From NCBI GenBank assembly GCA_030390025.1, contig JASTWF010000350.1, positions 186,001 to 250,000 on the forward strand: 64,000 nt of DNA. Direction: 5' to 3'. The position numbers and the translations under genes are program-made. Origin of the DNA: Squalus acanthias. Taxonomy: Eukaryota. Positions 54,280 to 64,000 of this stretch are shown here, piece after piece. How positions within the stretch are numbered: position 1 is the first letter of the stretch; every line of letters begins with the position of its first letter. The notes beneath the pieces are model-generated. The model was not told where the DNA came from. It did no database searches and worked only from the letters and a program-made list of their open reading frames with translations.

Positions 54280-56400
54280 CTCTTAAAGGGAGGTAGTGTT
54301 TTTCTTTGACAGGCTAACAAGGCAGAATGGCTGGAAGAGATCCAAGAACTGACTTTCCAGCAAAAACAGTCATAAAGTTTCACTGCAGGAGATGGCCGGC
54401 ATAACGTGGCCATTTTGGGATCAAAGGGATAGCATCAAATGGAGCTAGTGGGGAGCAAAGGGATAGCGTCAAATGGAGCTAGTGTACAGCAAGTTTGGCA
54501 GGAGGTTGCCAATTGTGTGAATGCTGTCTCCAAAATGTATTGCTCACAGGAGCAAAGGAGAAAAATGTTCTCCTGACTAAGGAAGAGTGCCAAAGTAATG
54601 AAGACTAAGTGAATTCTCTACCCCAGAGGGCTGTGGATGCTCAGTCATTGAGTATATTAAAGACAGGGATTGATAGATTTTTGGATACTAAGGGATATGG
54701 GGATAGTGCGGGAAAGTGGAGTTGAGGTAGAAGATCAGCCATGATCTTATTGAATGGCGGAGCAGGCTCGAGGCGCCGAAAGGCCGACTCTTGCTCCTAA
54801 TTCTTATCTTCTTATGTGCCCACTCAAAGCAAGGAGATGGCGAACTATCCAAGCACCTAGCCCACAGGCTGCAAAGCACTGTACCCACTTTAAATTTCTT
54901 CAACCTCCTAACTATCTGAAGCTGCACCTCCAACTTGGTAACTGCTAAAGGGAGAGGCTTCCTTTCACTTAGATACTCTGCCATGTTTTCTCACACACTT
55001 ACTGTATGGCTTGCATCCTCTCTGCTCATCTTTGACAACAAGCAGGATGCAGGCTGCTCACTGCACTGCCCTTTCTGTTAGACCCTAATGCTGAAAGGGT
55101 TTCTTTCTTTCCTATTCAAAACAGAAAGCTGATCTTCACCATCAGAGGACCAACACTGGTAGTGGAACAGCCAACCTGCAATGCCTCACCCACTACAAGG
55201 AGTAAGCTCTACAAATAATTAGTGTGAAGGTCATCAAGAGAGTGGGCGAGAAATAGCTTAATTGCTTTGTGCCAGCCCAACAAGATAAGGTTTATTTAAA
55301 CCTCCTCTTCTTGCTACCACTTAATACTCAATCAGTGACGAACATGCAGCCATATCTACCTCGCTGCTGAAAGACAGCATAGTGACCTTACTACTGTGTG
55401 CACTTCCAGCGGCTGCACAATCTATACTCACATATGTTCCCCTTCTCTTTGTCTCGGAATCTCCCAAGATAAGGAAGGTGGCACCAGGGAGGAGCAGGAA
55501 GCAGTCCCATTATATCAGCACCTGTCAAGCACCAGCCCAGATACACACATCCACCTCAGGGGAATTTGTTAGGGGCAGTCAGGGAAGAAAGAACAAAGTT
55601 GTTTTTATATAGTGCCTTTCAGAACCTCAGGGCATCCTGGGGCACATAAAGATCTATAGACCTGCAACTATGAGGGTTGCGGGGTTGCGGGTTGCTTTCA
55701 ACTGGAAGTCTGGTCAATCTGTTCTTGCCACACCAGTGGATCTGCTGGTGTACTCATCCAGCATCTGAAGCATAAACCCATTCTGCTGCCTCCTCTTCCT
55801 TATTTTCTGCAGGAAAAGGTGCAGCGTTGCCTTCCAGTCTCTCTGGCTGCATGCGTTCTCCTTTTCTAATGGTGAAGTGATGCAGAACATTACAGATGTA
55901 AATGATCTTTGAGGCTTTTTTGGGGGCTGTAGAGTAGGACCTCACCTGATCTGTCAGATATCAGAGGCGTTGCTTCAACATCCCGATGCATGTCCTATCA
56001 GAATTTGGGTGGAGGCTTGATCCTCATTGCACTTTCTTTTGATGTTGGTGTTGGGGTTCCAGACTGGTATCAAATAGCCAGGGCAGCAAGATATAACCCT
56101 AGTCCTCCAGCAGCCACCCAGCCCTTCCTCCTGCTTCTTCAAAGAGTTGGGCCACTGTCAACTGTTGCGAGATGAAAGCATCATGGCATCTGCCAGGGTA
56201 TCTCACAACCAATTGCATTAATCAGGTTTTGATCTCAGACCACCTGCATACAGATCTAATTAAACACTTTTTTTTATTCATGTATGTTACACGGTTGTTG
56301 TTTGATACTTTGATGGCAACATGAATCCCATGAATGCTGTCCTGCTCTCTTGAGAACTCAGTCACCTAATAAAAGTACTGGTCCTCTGTAGTTGTTCCGT
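54280..56400. mobile_element. Very old Harbinger remnant (Myb exon on + at about 54480-54597, transposase on - at about 55760-56400), with a CR1 3' end at 54610-54817
   Basis: QQVWQEVANCVNAVS..QRRKMF; on the minus strand RYPGRCHDAFI, GWLLED*GY, IGMLKQRL and ICNVLHH. Confidence 0.7.
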
Positions 56401-56414
56401 TGAGAAAGTAAGTG

Positions 56415-56870
56415 TGATGGGATACTCACCAATCGCCTGAAAGAGTACAAATGCAGCAACAACCAAGAAGCTCGGCACCATCCAGGACAGAGAAGTTCAT
56501 TGATCGGTGCCCCTGCCATTGGACTCCCTCCACTACTGATGCACTGTGGCTACACCAAGGTTACTTGGACAGCACCTCCCTCCCCTGCAAACTCTGCCAC
56601 TGAGAAGGCCAAGAGCAGCAATGTCATCCGACCATCGTCCCCTTAAAGTTCTCTTCCAAGTCACACAGCATCTGGATTTGGAGCAATATCGCCGTTCCTT
56701 CATCGTCGCTGGGGCTGTACCTTGGAATTCCCTACCCAACACCATTGTGGGAGCACCGTCAGCATTAGTTCAAGGTGGCACACCAGCACCTTCTCAAGGA
56801 GAGCAACTGGGCTGGGGAATAAATACAACCTTGCCAGCATTGCCCACTACTTAAAACAAGTTTAAAAAAA
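56415..56870 (+). mobile_element. Old copy of the non-CR1 LINE 3' end
   Basis: KKLGTIQD.., RRSFIVAGAVPWNSLPN, AATAAA tail. Confidence 0.75.
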
Positions 56871-57464
56871 AGAGGATGAGGTGTGGTTGCCACTGTTTAT
56901 GAAGCAATAATCACAAATCTATTGGAATTTCTTTCAAGATGTAACTAAGGGGTAAAAATTCTGCTCAGGCACATCCCAGAAGTTAAATTGCAGAACCCCA
57001 GCTCATGGACTTCAGTCCATTACAGTTAATAGAGGAAAATCACAGGCTGCTGGTGCGCAATTTTGTGATAATGTGTTTTTGACATGCACCAGGAGCACAG
57101 AAGCGAATCTTTAACCCAAAGCAGTGTTCTCCCTCCTTCCTTCCTTCCTTCTCCTGGTGGCCCACTTTATCTCTGGGACACTGAAATCACCTACTTTGGT
57201 TCTCTGCACCATCCTTTACCTAAACAGTTCTCTACCTAGCCCTTTGCCTTCTTATCTTTCCTCAGCCTGGCTCTCCCAGCTTTTCCTGATCTGTTGCAGT
57301 TCTTTTGGGTGCCTTTTCTGACGGTTTGCCGGGTCCATTCCGACCCTTAGGATCTTGCTGTGTTTGTCCTCCTGGTGGGATAATATTCCCTTCCAGCCAT
57401 TGAGTGCAGAGCTGTCCACATGAGGGAAATGCCGGGAGTGAGATTTGTCATCATGAAGAGTCGA

Positions 57465-57856
57465 GCCCAACCATCACCGCCGTGCGCTCCTCACCGACCC
57501 AACCGTCACCGCCACACGCTCCTCACCGGCCCAACCGTCACCGCCGCACGCTCCTCACCGGCCCAACCGTCACCGCTGTGCGCTCCTTACCGGCCTAACC
57601 GTCACCGCCGCGCGCTCCTCACCGGCCCAACCGTCACCGCCGCGCGCTCCTCACCGGCCCAACCGTCACCGCCGCGCACTCCTCACCGGCCCAACCGTCA
57701 CCGCCGCGCGCTCCTCACCGGCTCAACCGTCACCACCGCGCGCTCCTCACCGGCCCAACCGTCACCACCGCGCGGTCCTCACCGGCCCAACCGTCACCAC
57801 CGCGCGCTCCTCACCGGCCCAACTGTCACCACCGCGCGCACCTCACCGGCCCAACC
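57465..57856. repeat. CpG-rich minisatellite, 32 bp unit, about 12 copies
   Basis: Unit GCCCAACCGTCACCGCCGCGCGCTCCTCACCG, head to tail with no spacers. Confidence 0.96.
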
Positions 57857-58664
57857 AAACCCATCAGCAAGCGTGTAATCTCTCCTAAAACCCATTAGTG
57901 AGGGAGTAATCCCTCTAAACGCATTAGAGAGAGAGAGGGAGAGTAATCCCCTAAACCCATTGATGGGAGTTATTCCCCAAAACCCGTTAGTGAGGAAATA
58001 ACTCCACCCCTAAAGTCATGAGTCAGGGAATAATCATCCAAACCCCTACGTGAGAGACAGTAGGAACAGACAGCATAAGGTAAGTGGGATCAAATTAGGA
58101 GTGTGGGGTAAAGTTAGTTTGGTAGCAAGAAGTCAGAAAGCAAGAGCATGCAACCAGTCATGTATGGTCGCCATTCCTCTCTCACGGCTGCTACAGCATG
58201 AGATATTATATTGTTATTTTTCCAGGTACAATGTAATTGTAGAAGTTTGAAATTGTATTTCCAGGATGTGGATTTTGCTGCTATCTCATAGGGTTCATGT
58301 TTACGCCAAATTTTCTCTCATTACCCCTCCTTAATATGGTAGGGTGAACTTTTAAGCCAGTTATAGTACCCGCTGATGGTATGATGTCAGTGGTGGGAAT
58401 TTCAATTATGGGCAGAGATCGCTTTCACAGGATTTACACCCATTCACTGCAGTTTGTTAATCTCCTGTGGGCCAGGACATTGGTACAGTATGGGGGGAGG
58501 GGGGAGCACCTAATGTTGGTGGAGCAAAATCTTGAAGCTCTGCAGCAAAATAATATATTTTTATATTGACGCCACTTCTCCAGGGTTTCTGCTGATCTTC
58601 CACTGATAAGTCAGGCAATCAGGAGAACCCCTGCAGGCAAGTTTGTATGCCCTCAATGGGATAA

Positions 58665-58840
58665 CATGATCTGGTCATCATCACAATGCTGTTTGTGGGA
58701 GCTTGCTGTGCGCAAATGGGCCGCCGCGTTTCCCACATTACAACAGTGACTACACTTCAAAAGTACGTCATTGGCTGTAAAGTGCTTTGGGACGTCCTGA
58801 GGTTGTGAAAGGCGCTCTAGAAATGCAAGTCTGTCTTTCT
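58665..58840 (+). mobile_element. Deu-domain SINE 3' fragment
   Basis: GCTGTTTGTGGGAGCTTGCTGTGCGCAAAT..GTAAAGTGCTTTGGGACGTCCTGAGG..AAATGCAAG. Confidence 0.8.
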
Positions 58841-59229
58841 TTAACCGTTGCTAGATCTGGTGAATAACAAAATAGATCAGGTCGATGAGAAAATGTGGAT
58901 GTGTACCTCAGGAATAGTGACCATAATATAAGGTTTAAGGTCCAAATGGAAAGGGAAAGGTAGCATAAAATCAAGTGCACCAGATTGGAATAGGGCAGAT
59001 CTTATAAAGATAATTGGATCGATCTTGTACTTTGTGCAAATATATAAGATGAGTGCGAGCCAACAAGTCAATGGAAATAAAAATCGTGAGAGTTGTAAAA
59101 GAGGCTGCCAACTCGCTATCACTCATTTTACACTATCGCACAAAGTCGAGATCTACCTTAAGGAGTGAGCGAGCTGAGGTGAAGTAGAAAGTGAAATTGG
59201 CACACAGGACTGTAGATCAGTAAGGCAAT

Positions 59230-59850
59230 GGCCAGAATTTGCTTCGGGGAAGGGGATTGGGGCCTGGGGGTGGGGGGGGGGGGCCGAGGTGGGTGGGAAA
59301 CCCGGGAGGCCAGATTTCCCGCAGGCACTGCCAACTTTACCATTAGGGCCTAATTTGAATGTGAGGCCTCGGTTTCCCGCCCGCAGCCAGCCAGCTTGAG
59401 AGGCTGGCTGGCTGCGGGCAGGTAGGCCTCAGTTGCGAGGGCTCTGTCCGGGGGAGGGGGGGGTTGGCAATCGGTGGGGGTGGGGGGGGAATCGGGAGTG
59501 GGGAGAGAGGATCGGGGGGGGGGGGGGGGGGTGTTGCAGGATCGGCAGGGGATCGGGGAGGTCGGGGATTGGCAGGCAAGCGAGGATCATGGGGGTAGGG
59601 AATTGGGGATCGTGGGGGGGGGGTGGGTAAAGGTCGGCAGAGTGGCCGGAGGATCGTGGCCAGCCTCATCATCATCGTTGGGGGGGGGTGGAGGGGGAGA
59701 CCTGGGGAGGTGATCGGAGGCCTCGTGGTGGGGCCTCCGAATCGCAGAGGGTGGTTAGGTAGGGACCCTGCAACCAGGAGATAGGTATAAATCCACTTAC
59801 CTCCTGGATGCAGCAATCCCTGCCTCTGTTAAAGTGCCGGGTTTCACGAA
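59230..59850. mobile_element. Non-autonomous G-rich Harbinger-like element related to 15533-18178
   Basis: G-run/GATCGG region, a single GATCGGAGGCCTCG at 59712-59725 and the shared downstream anchor CACTTACCTCCTGGAT (59794-59809). Confidence 0.6.
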
Positions 59851-60269
59851 TTAGAAGCAGCCAATATGGATTTCAGAACAGAAGATTGTGTTTGACAAAC
59901 CTGATAGATTTCTTTGAGGAGGTGATAGATGGTGGATGGGGGAAAAGCAGTGCCCCCTGATCTATTAAGGCACCTGAACTGTGCTGTCAGAATGCTTAAG
60001 GTCCTTTCTACAATAAGTCTTATTGTATTGGCAGTGAATGGATGTTCTCAGATTCTGTAGCAGGTCATAAGCCACTGATGTTGAGGGTAGTCTCGTCACT
60101 GAGCATCCATCCAGTCCCCTGCTTTGGACCTTTGTGTTACAAAGGAATCGTGACAGCAGACCTGGGGAGCAGGCATTTACATGACTGACAAAGTGCTTGA
60201 CATCACACACCAGCTACACATTTAGAGAATTAAACGCTCCCCTGTTGACATAGTTTATAGCATTCTAGA

Positions 60270-60560
60270 ATGGGGTACATTTAGCAATGTGTGCCGTGCC
60301 AATGCCTCCTTGGACCTGAGGCAATCCAGCCAGTCTGTAAAATTCTATTGCCCTCTCCAGTTGATGTTGGAGGTCCATCAGGAAAGAGGTAAAGTGGGCA
60401 ACTCTCCAAAGCAGAGCATCCATAACCTGTTTGATGTAGTAGAGGACAACAGATTGACTAATGTGACATATATACCCTGATGCTACCTGAAAGAAACCTG
60501 AGGACTTGAATACCACTGTGATCTTTCACTGCCATTGTCAATGTGGTGGATCGGGTTGAC
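60270..60560 (-). pseudogene. Old HARBI1-like transposase fragment
   Basis: ORF 60265..60516 (SGFFQVASGYICHISQSVV..QVMDAL..LAGLPQVQGGIGTAHIA). Confidence 0.75.
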
Positions 60561-60669
60561 GTAAGCTCCAGGCCTGGGGCAAGCAAATGGCACAACTTTG
60601 ATATGACCTCTTGTGGGAAATACCACCTTCTGAGGCATTAGCGACTTGACAAGTTCTAAGGAAAGAAAG

Positions 60670-60830
60670 ACTTGAAAGCCTTTCATGACCACCAGACGTC
60701 CCCAAAGCGTTTTACAGCCAATGAAATACTTTTTGACGTGTAGTCACTGTTGTAATGTAGGAAACACGGCAACCAACTTGTGCACAGCAAGATCCCACAA
60801 ACAGCAATGTAATAATGACCAGATAATATT
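60670..60830 (-). mobile_element. Deu-domain SINE 3' fragment, cut by Harbinger H8
   Basis: Matches 26845-27010. Confidence 0.8.
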
Positions 60831-61189
60831 GGGCTAGAAATTCATTATAGCCCAGGAATGGGCGGTATCATTAGAAAAGTTGGAGAATTAGCGCCAGGCA
60901 CTAATGCTTCAGACTGCACGCAAAATTCGTGCTCACTGCTCAAAGAAATGATTGGAGCACTAATTCAAGTCTTTAGGCCCAAGCTCATTGGCGTTATACT
61001 CAAAGGGTGGACCAATATCAGGTGCAGTCTAATCGCAAGTCATGATTGCCACAGGCTTTTTTCAGTTCTTAAAGGGGAGGTTCATTGATGCTGCAGAACC
61101 TCATTCTCAGCATTGCTGGCTGTGCAGCTGCCTCAGCAAGCAGCAGCAGGTGAAGGAGAAGGAACCAGAGAATTGAAGCAGCTGTACTC

Positions 61190-62718
61190 ATGGTAGATCC
61201 ACGCCCCAGGGAGAGAGTCTGCAATCAAGCATTGGAGTCATTGCTGTTCACTCTGGAGAGACGGAGGGTGGTGCTCTACGCGGCAAATGGGAGGAGGCTC
61301 GCACCGTAAGTCTTCCGCACCATGTGGAGGGAGTTAGCGCAGCACGTCTCGGGTAGCACTATGGTCCCCAGGACCCACACACAGTGCCGGAAGAAATTTA
61401 ACGACCTCACTTAGGTGGTCCGGGTGAGCTCAATGCTTCAACAAATGCTACATACCACCATCTGAATCATAGTCTTCACACACTGCCCAAAGCACCACAC
61501 CCCCAGCACTCACCCACCAACAATCTCTACCTACCAACACTCACACCCACATCTCACACCTTGCACACAATGAGAGCTATTCAACTATGGCAGGCACATC
61601 ACCCAAACACATTGCTCCACACTCACTCACACACTTTCCTTTCTCTTGCAGGCCAAGGTGGCTCACAACAGGAGGGAGCAGGAGCGCACAGGCGGGGGAT
61701 AAGCCTGACACCCAACCACTGTCTGCGCTGGAAAATAGAGTGCTGCAGATTATTGGGTGCCAAGTGGTGGGTGCCGTGGCCACTGGCGACGTTGACCACC
61801 TTGGGACAACAACGGTATGTTCATCCCTACTCCTTCTTCTCACCTCACAAGCGTTCGCGCGTGAGTTCTGCTGCACAGGACTCAGATAAGGACCTCGATG
61901 GTGAGGCCTTTAGAAGAAGGGTGATGAACATGCACATGGAGATGATAGGTGCAATGGCAAGGATGCCCGGGAGCCTGTCGGCAATGGTAAGGAGCGTGGA
62001 GGAGTCCACCTCCAACATTGCACAAGGCTCTGCTCACACCATGGAGCCCATCATTTCCAGTCTGCAAAGGATGGTAGACTCCCAGAGAGACCGTGGAGAC
62101 CCAGACCTGATGTCGCATTTGATGGGTGATCTGGCAGCTTCCATTGCAGCACAGGTGGAAGCGACGCAACATCTTAGTGCTGTAATGCAGTCTATGCTTG
62201 GTGGCATCCAATCTCAGCCTGCTCTCATGCAGTCGCAGCTTGATGCCACGCAAGCTCTGACTGCTGCCATCATGGCTGGGTCTACCACCGTTGACCGGGG
62301 CTTTCACAGTGTCGCAGCAGGCCAGCAATCTGTGCTCCAACAGATTGCTAGGGATGCTGAGGTGCTGATCCGGGGGAGTGGCAGTGGATCAGTGGAGCAG
62401 AAACCTGCTGTCTTCTCTCAGGATGACAGTATTCCTGCTCCCACCACTGCCACTCTGCCATTGCCCTTGTCCCTGCCTGGCATCCAGCCAGCCCAGACTG
62501 CTGCCGCCCATGCTGGGGTGGTGCAGTCTACAGCCGAGCCTTCCAGCCCCAGAGCTGGTTGAGGGCGTCCTGCAAGGCTATCTGAAGTCTCCCACACGGA
62601 TACTCAGCAGCCTTCCACCAGCCCTGCTGCAGCCACTGGGCCAACACTTCGTAGGAGCACTAAAGTAGGCAAAGGCACAGTAACGACAGGCACTAAGGGA
62701 TGGCACAAGAGTGAATAG
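61190..62718 (+). pseudogene. Harbinger Myb/SANT-like gene (exons 61190-61423, 61652-61814, partial exon 3 from about 61850)
   Basis: MWRELAQHV..PRTHTQCRKKFNDLT*VVR|GTGAGC; CTTGCAG|AKVAHNRREQERTGGG; the distal part of ORF 61561..62562 is homologous to H4 exon 3. Confidence 0.85.
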
Positions 62719-62883
62719 TTAATATTTTTGTTGTAAATATGTGTTCACTGATTTTTGATAAATTTAGTAATTCAGTTTGGATTCTTTTGTGGTGTGTCTC
62801 ATTTCAGCTTTGCACTGTGATATGGCCTGTGACAGGGATGGAATGATGGGGATGTGGTGAGCAACGGGGATCTGGGGTTTAAT

Positions 62884-64000
62884 TCATTGGAACTGCAGTC
62901 TGATGAGGTGGTCACGGACAGCCCTTCCCGAAGGCCGATTGAGTGGCTGCCTCCTCCTTTGCTCCTGTTCCTCCTCCTCCTCATTATCTTCCTCTTCCTT
63001 CTCCTTCTCCTCCTCCTCCTCCTCCTCGTCCTCTCCCTCTTCCTCCTCCTGAGGTGGTCCCGCAGTCCCTGGTGGCAAGGGCTGGGCCCTCATGAGGGAC
63101 AAATTGTGGAGCATGCAGCAGACCACGACGAAATGGGACACCCGCTCAGCCGAGTACTAGAGGGCTCCTCCCAAGCGGTCAAGGCAGCGGAACCATTGAT
63201 TCAGCAGGCCGATGATCTGCTCGATGATGTTCCTGGTGGCAGCATGGCTCTCATATGAGTACTGGGCAGGAGTGTTGGGGTTGCGGAGGGGAGTCATGAG
63301 CCAGGTGGAGAGCGGATAGCCCTTGTCTCCAGCCAGCCAGCCGTGAGCTTGACGTGGTGGCTGGAAGATTGCAGGATGAAGGCATCGTGGCTGCTGCCAG
63401 GATAGCGGCATTCACATTGAGGATTAGCTGTATGTGGTCACACACCAACTGCACATTAAGTGAGTGGTATCCTTTGCGGTTACAGAAGATCTCAGGATTG
63501 TTATGCAGTGCCCGCAAAGCCACGTGGGTGCAGTGATTGACGCCCTGCACCATGGGGAATCCCGCTATCCTGGCAAAGTCACATGCATGCTCGCCCTGCT
63601 TCTCTCTGGTGATGGGGAAGGAAATGTAGTCCCTTCTCCTACTGTAGAGAGCCTCTGTGACCTCCCGGAAGCAGCGATGGACGGCGAACTGTGAGATGTT
63701 AGCTATGTCTCCTGTTGCAGACTGGAAGGATCCACTGGCGAAGAAATTGAGGGTGACAGTGACCTTGACTGCCACTGAGAGAGCTGTGGTCGCCCTGATC
63801 TGAGGCTGGAGGTCTGGTTGCAGGAGGTGGCAGAGTTCTGTGACCACCTCCTTGGTGAAGCAGAGCCTTCTAATACACTGCTCCTCGCTTAATTGAAGGT
63901 AGGAGAAGTGCTCTCGGAAGACCCTCGGAGGGTAAGGCCTCCTGTTGAGAGCCCTGATGGCCCTCCTCCTCCCTCTGGTCACATGTTGCAGTCTTTCTCG
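62884..64000 (-). pseudogene. Harbinger (HARBI1-like) transposase pseudogene
   Basis: ORFs 63251..63982 ([35 protein letters not shown]), 63157..63411 (GDKGYPL, RNIIEQ) and 62884..63141 (CCMLHN, poly-E). Frameshifted; the first catalytic Asp motif is altered. Confidence 0.92.

Larger units (their letters stand above)
60831..64000 (-). mobile_element. PIF/Harbinger transposon (H8), running off the window end
   Basis: TIR-like GGGCTAGAAATTC preceded by ATT; Myb gene on + converging with the transposase on -. Confidence 0.88.

Noticed and set aside
54422..54484. About 35 bp tandem duplication
   Set aside because: An ordinary local duplication within a decayed Harbinger remnant.
57420..57878. 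152 aa repetitive ORF or possible CRISPR-like array
   Set aside because: The 32 bp units are contiguous with no unique spacers, there are no cas genes and the context is eukaryotic; it is a minisatellite.
61561..62562. 333 aa ORF as an intact gene
   Set aside because: It starts in intron 1, reads exon 2 in the wrong frame and only matches the Myb-partner exon 3 after a deletion junction.

Overview
Eukaryotic, transposon-saturated vertebrate DNA. The repeat repertoire (CR1 LINEs with ATTCTATG-type tails, Deu-domain and Meta-domain-like tRNA SINEs, Penelope-like elements, many two-gene PIF/Harbinger transposons) points to a cartilaginous fish; that is an inference, not a database result. I could not identify any host protein-coding exon, tRNA, rRNA or CRISPR array, and most ORF-track entries are TE fragments, their antisense shadows or repeat translations. 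Main content: about eight recognisable and two very decayed PIF/Harbinger elements, each with a HARBI1-like DDE transposase and a convergent three-exon Myb/SANT (NAIF1-like) gene, all damaged; about twenty CR1 pieces, two of them young with long uninterrupted ORF2 segments; four Penelope-derived inserts with minimal hammerhead-ribozyme motifs; a young pogo/Tigger-like MITE; a 2.3 kb G-rich minisatellite that appears to have grown from a single motif inside a transposon; a 32 bp CpG-rich minisatellite; and a head-to-head telomeric-repeat palindrome. Several nested insertions can be resolved to base-pair TSDs. I see no convincing wholly new biological system. The most unusual signals are the hammerhead foldback element, the TE-born minisatellite with an adjacent double splice-donor hairpin, the telomeric palindrome and the non-TWA target duplications of the Harbingers. 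Coordinates were counted by eye and decayed ends are approximate.
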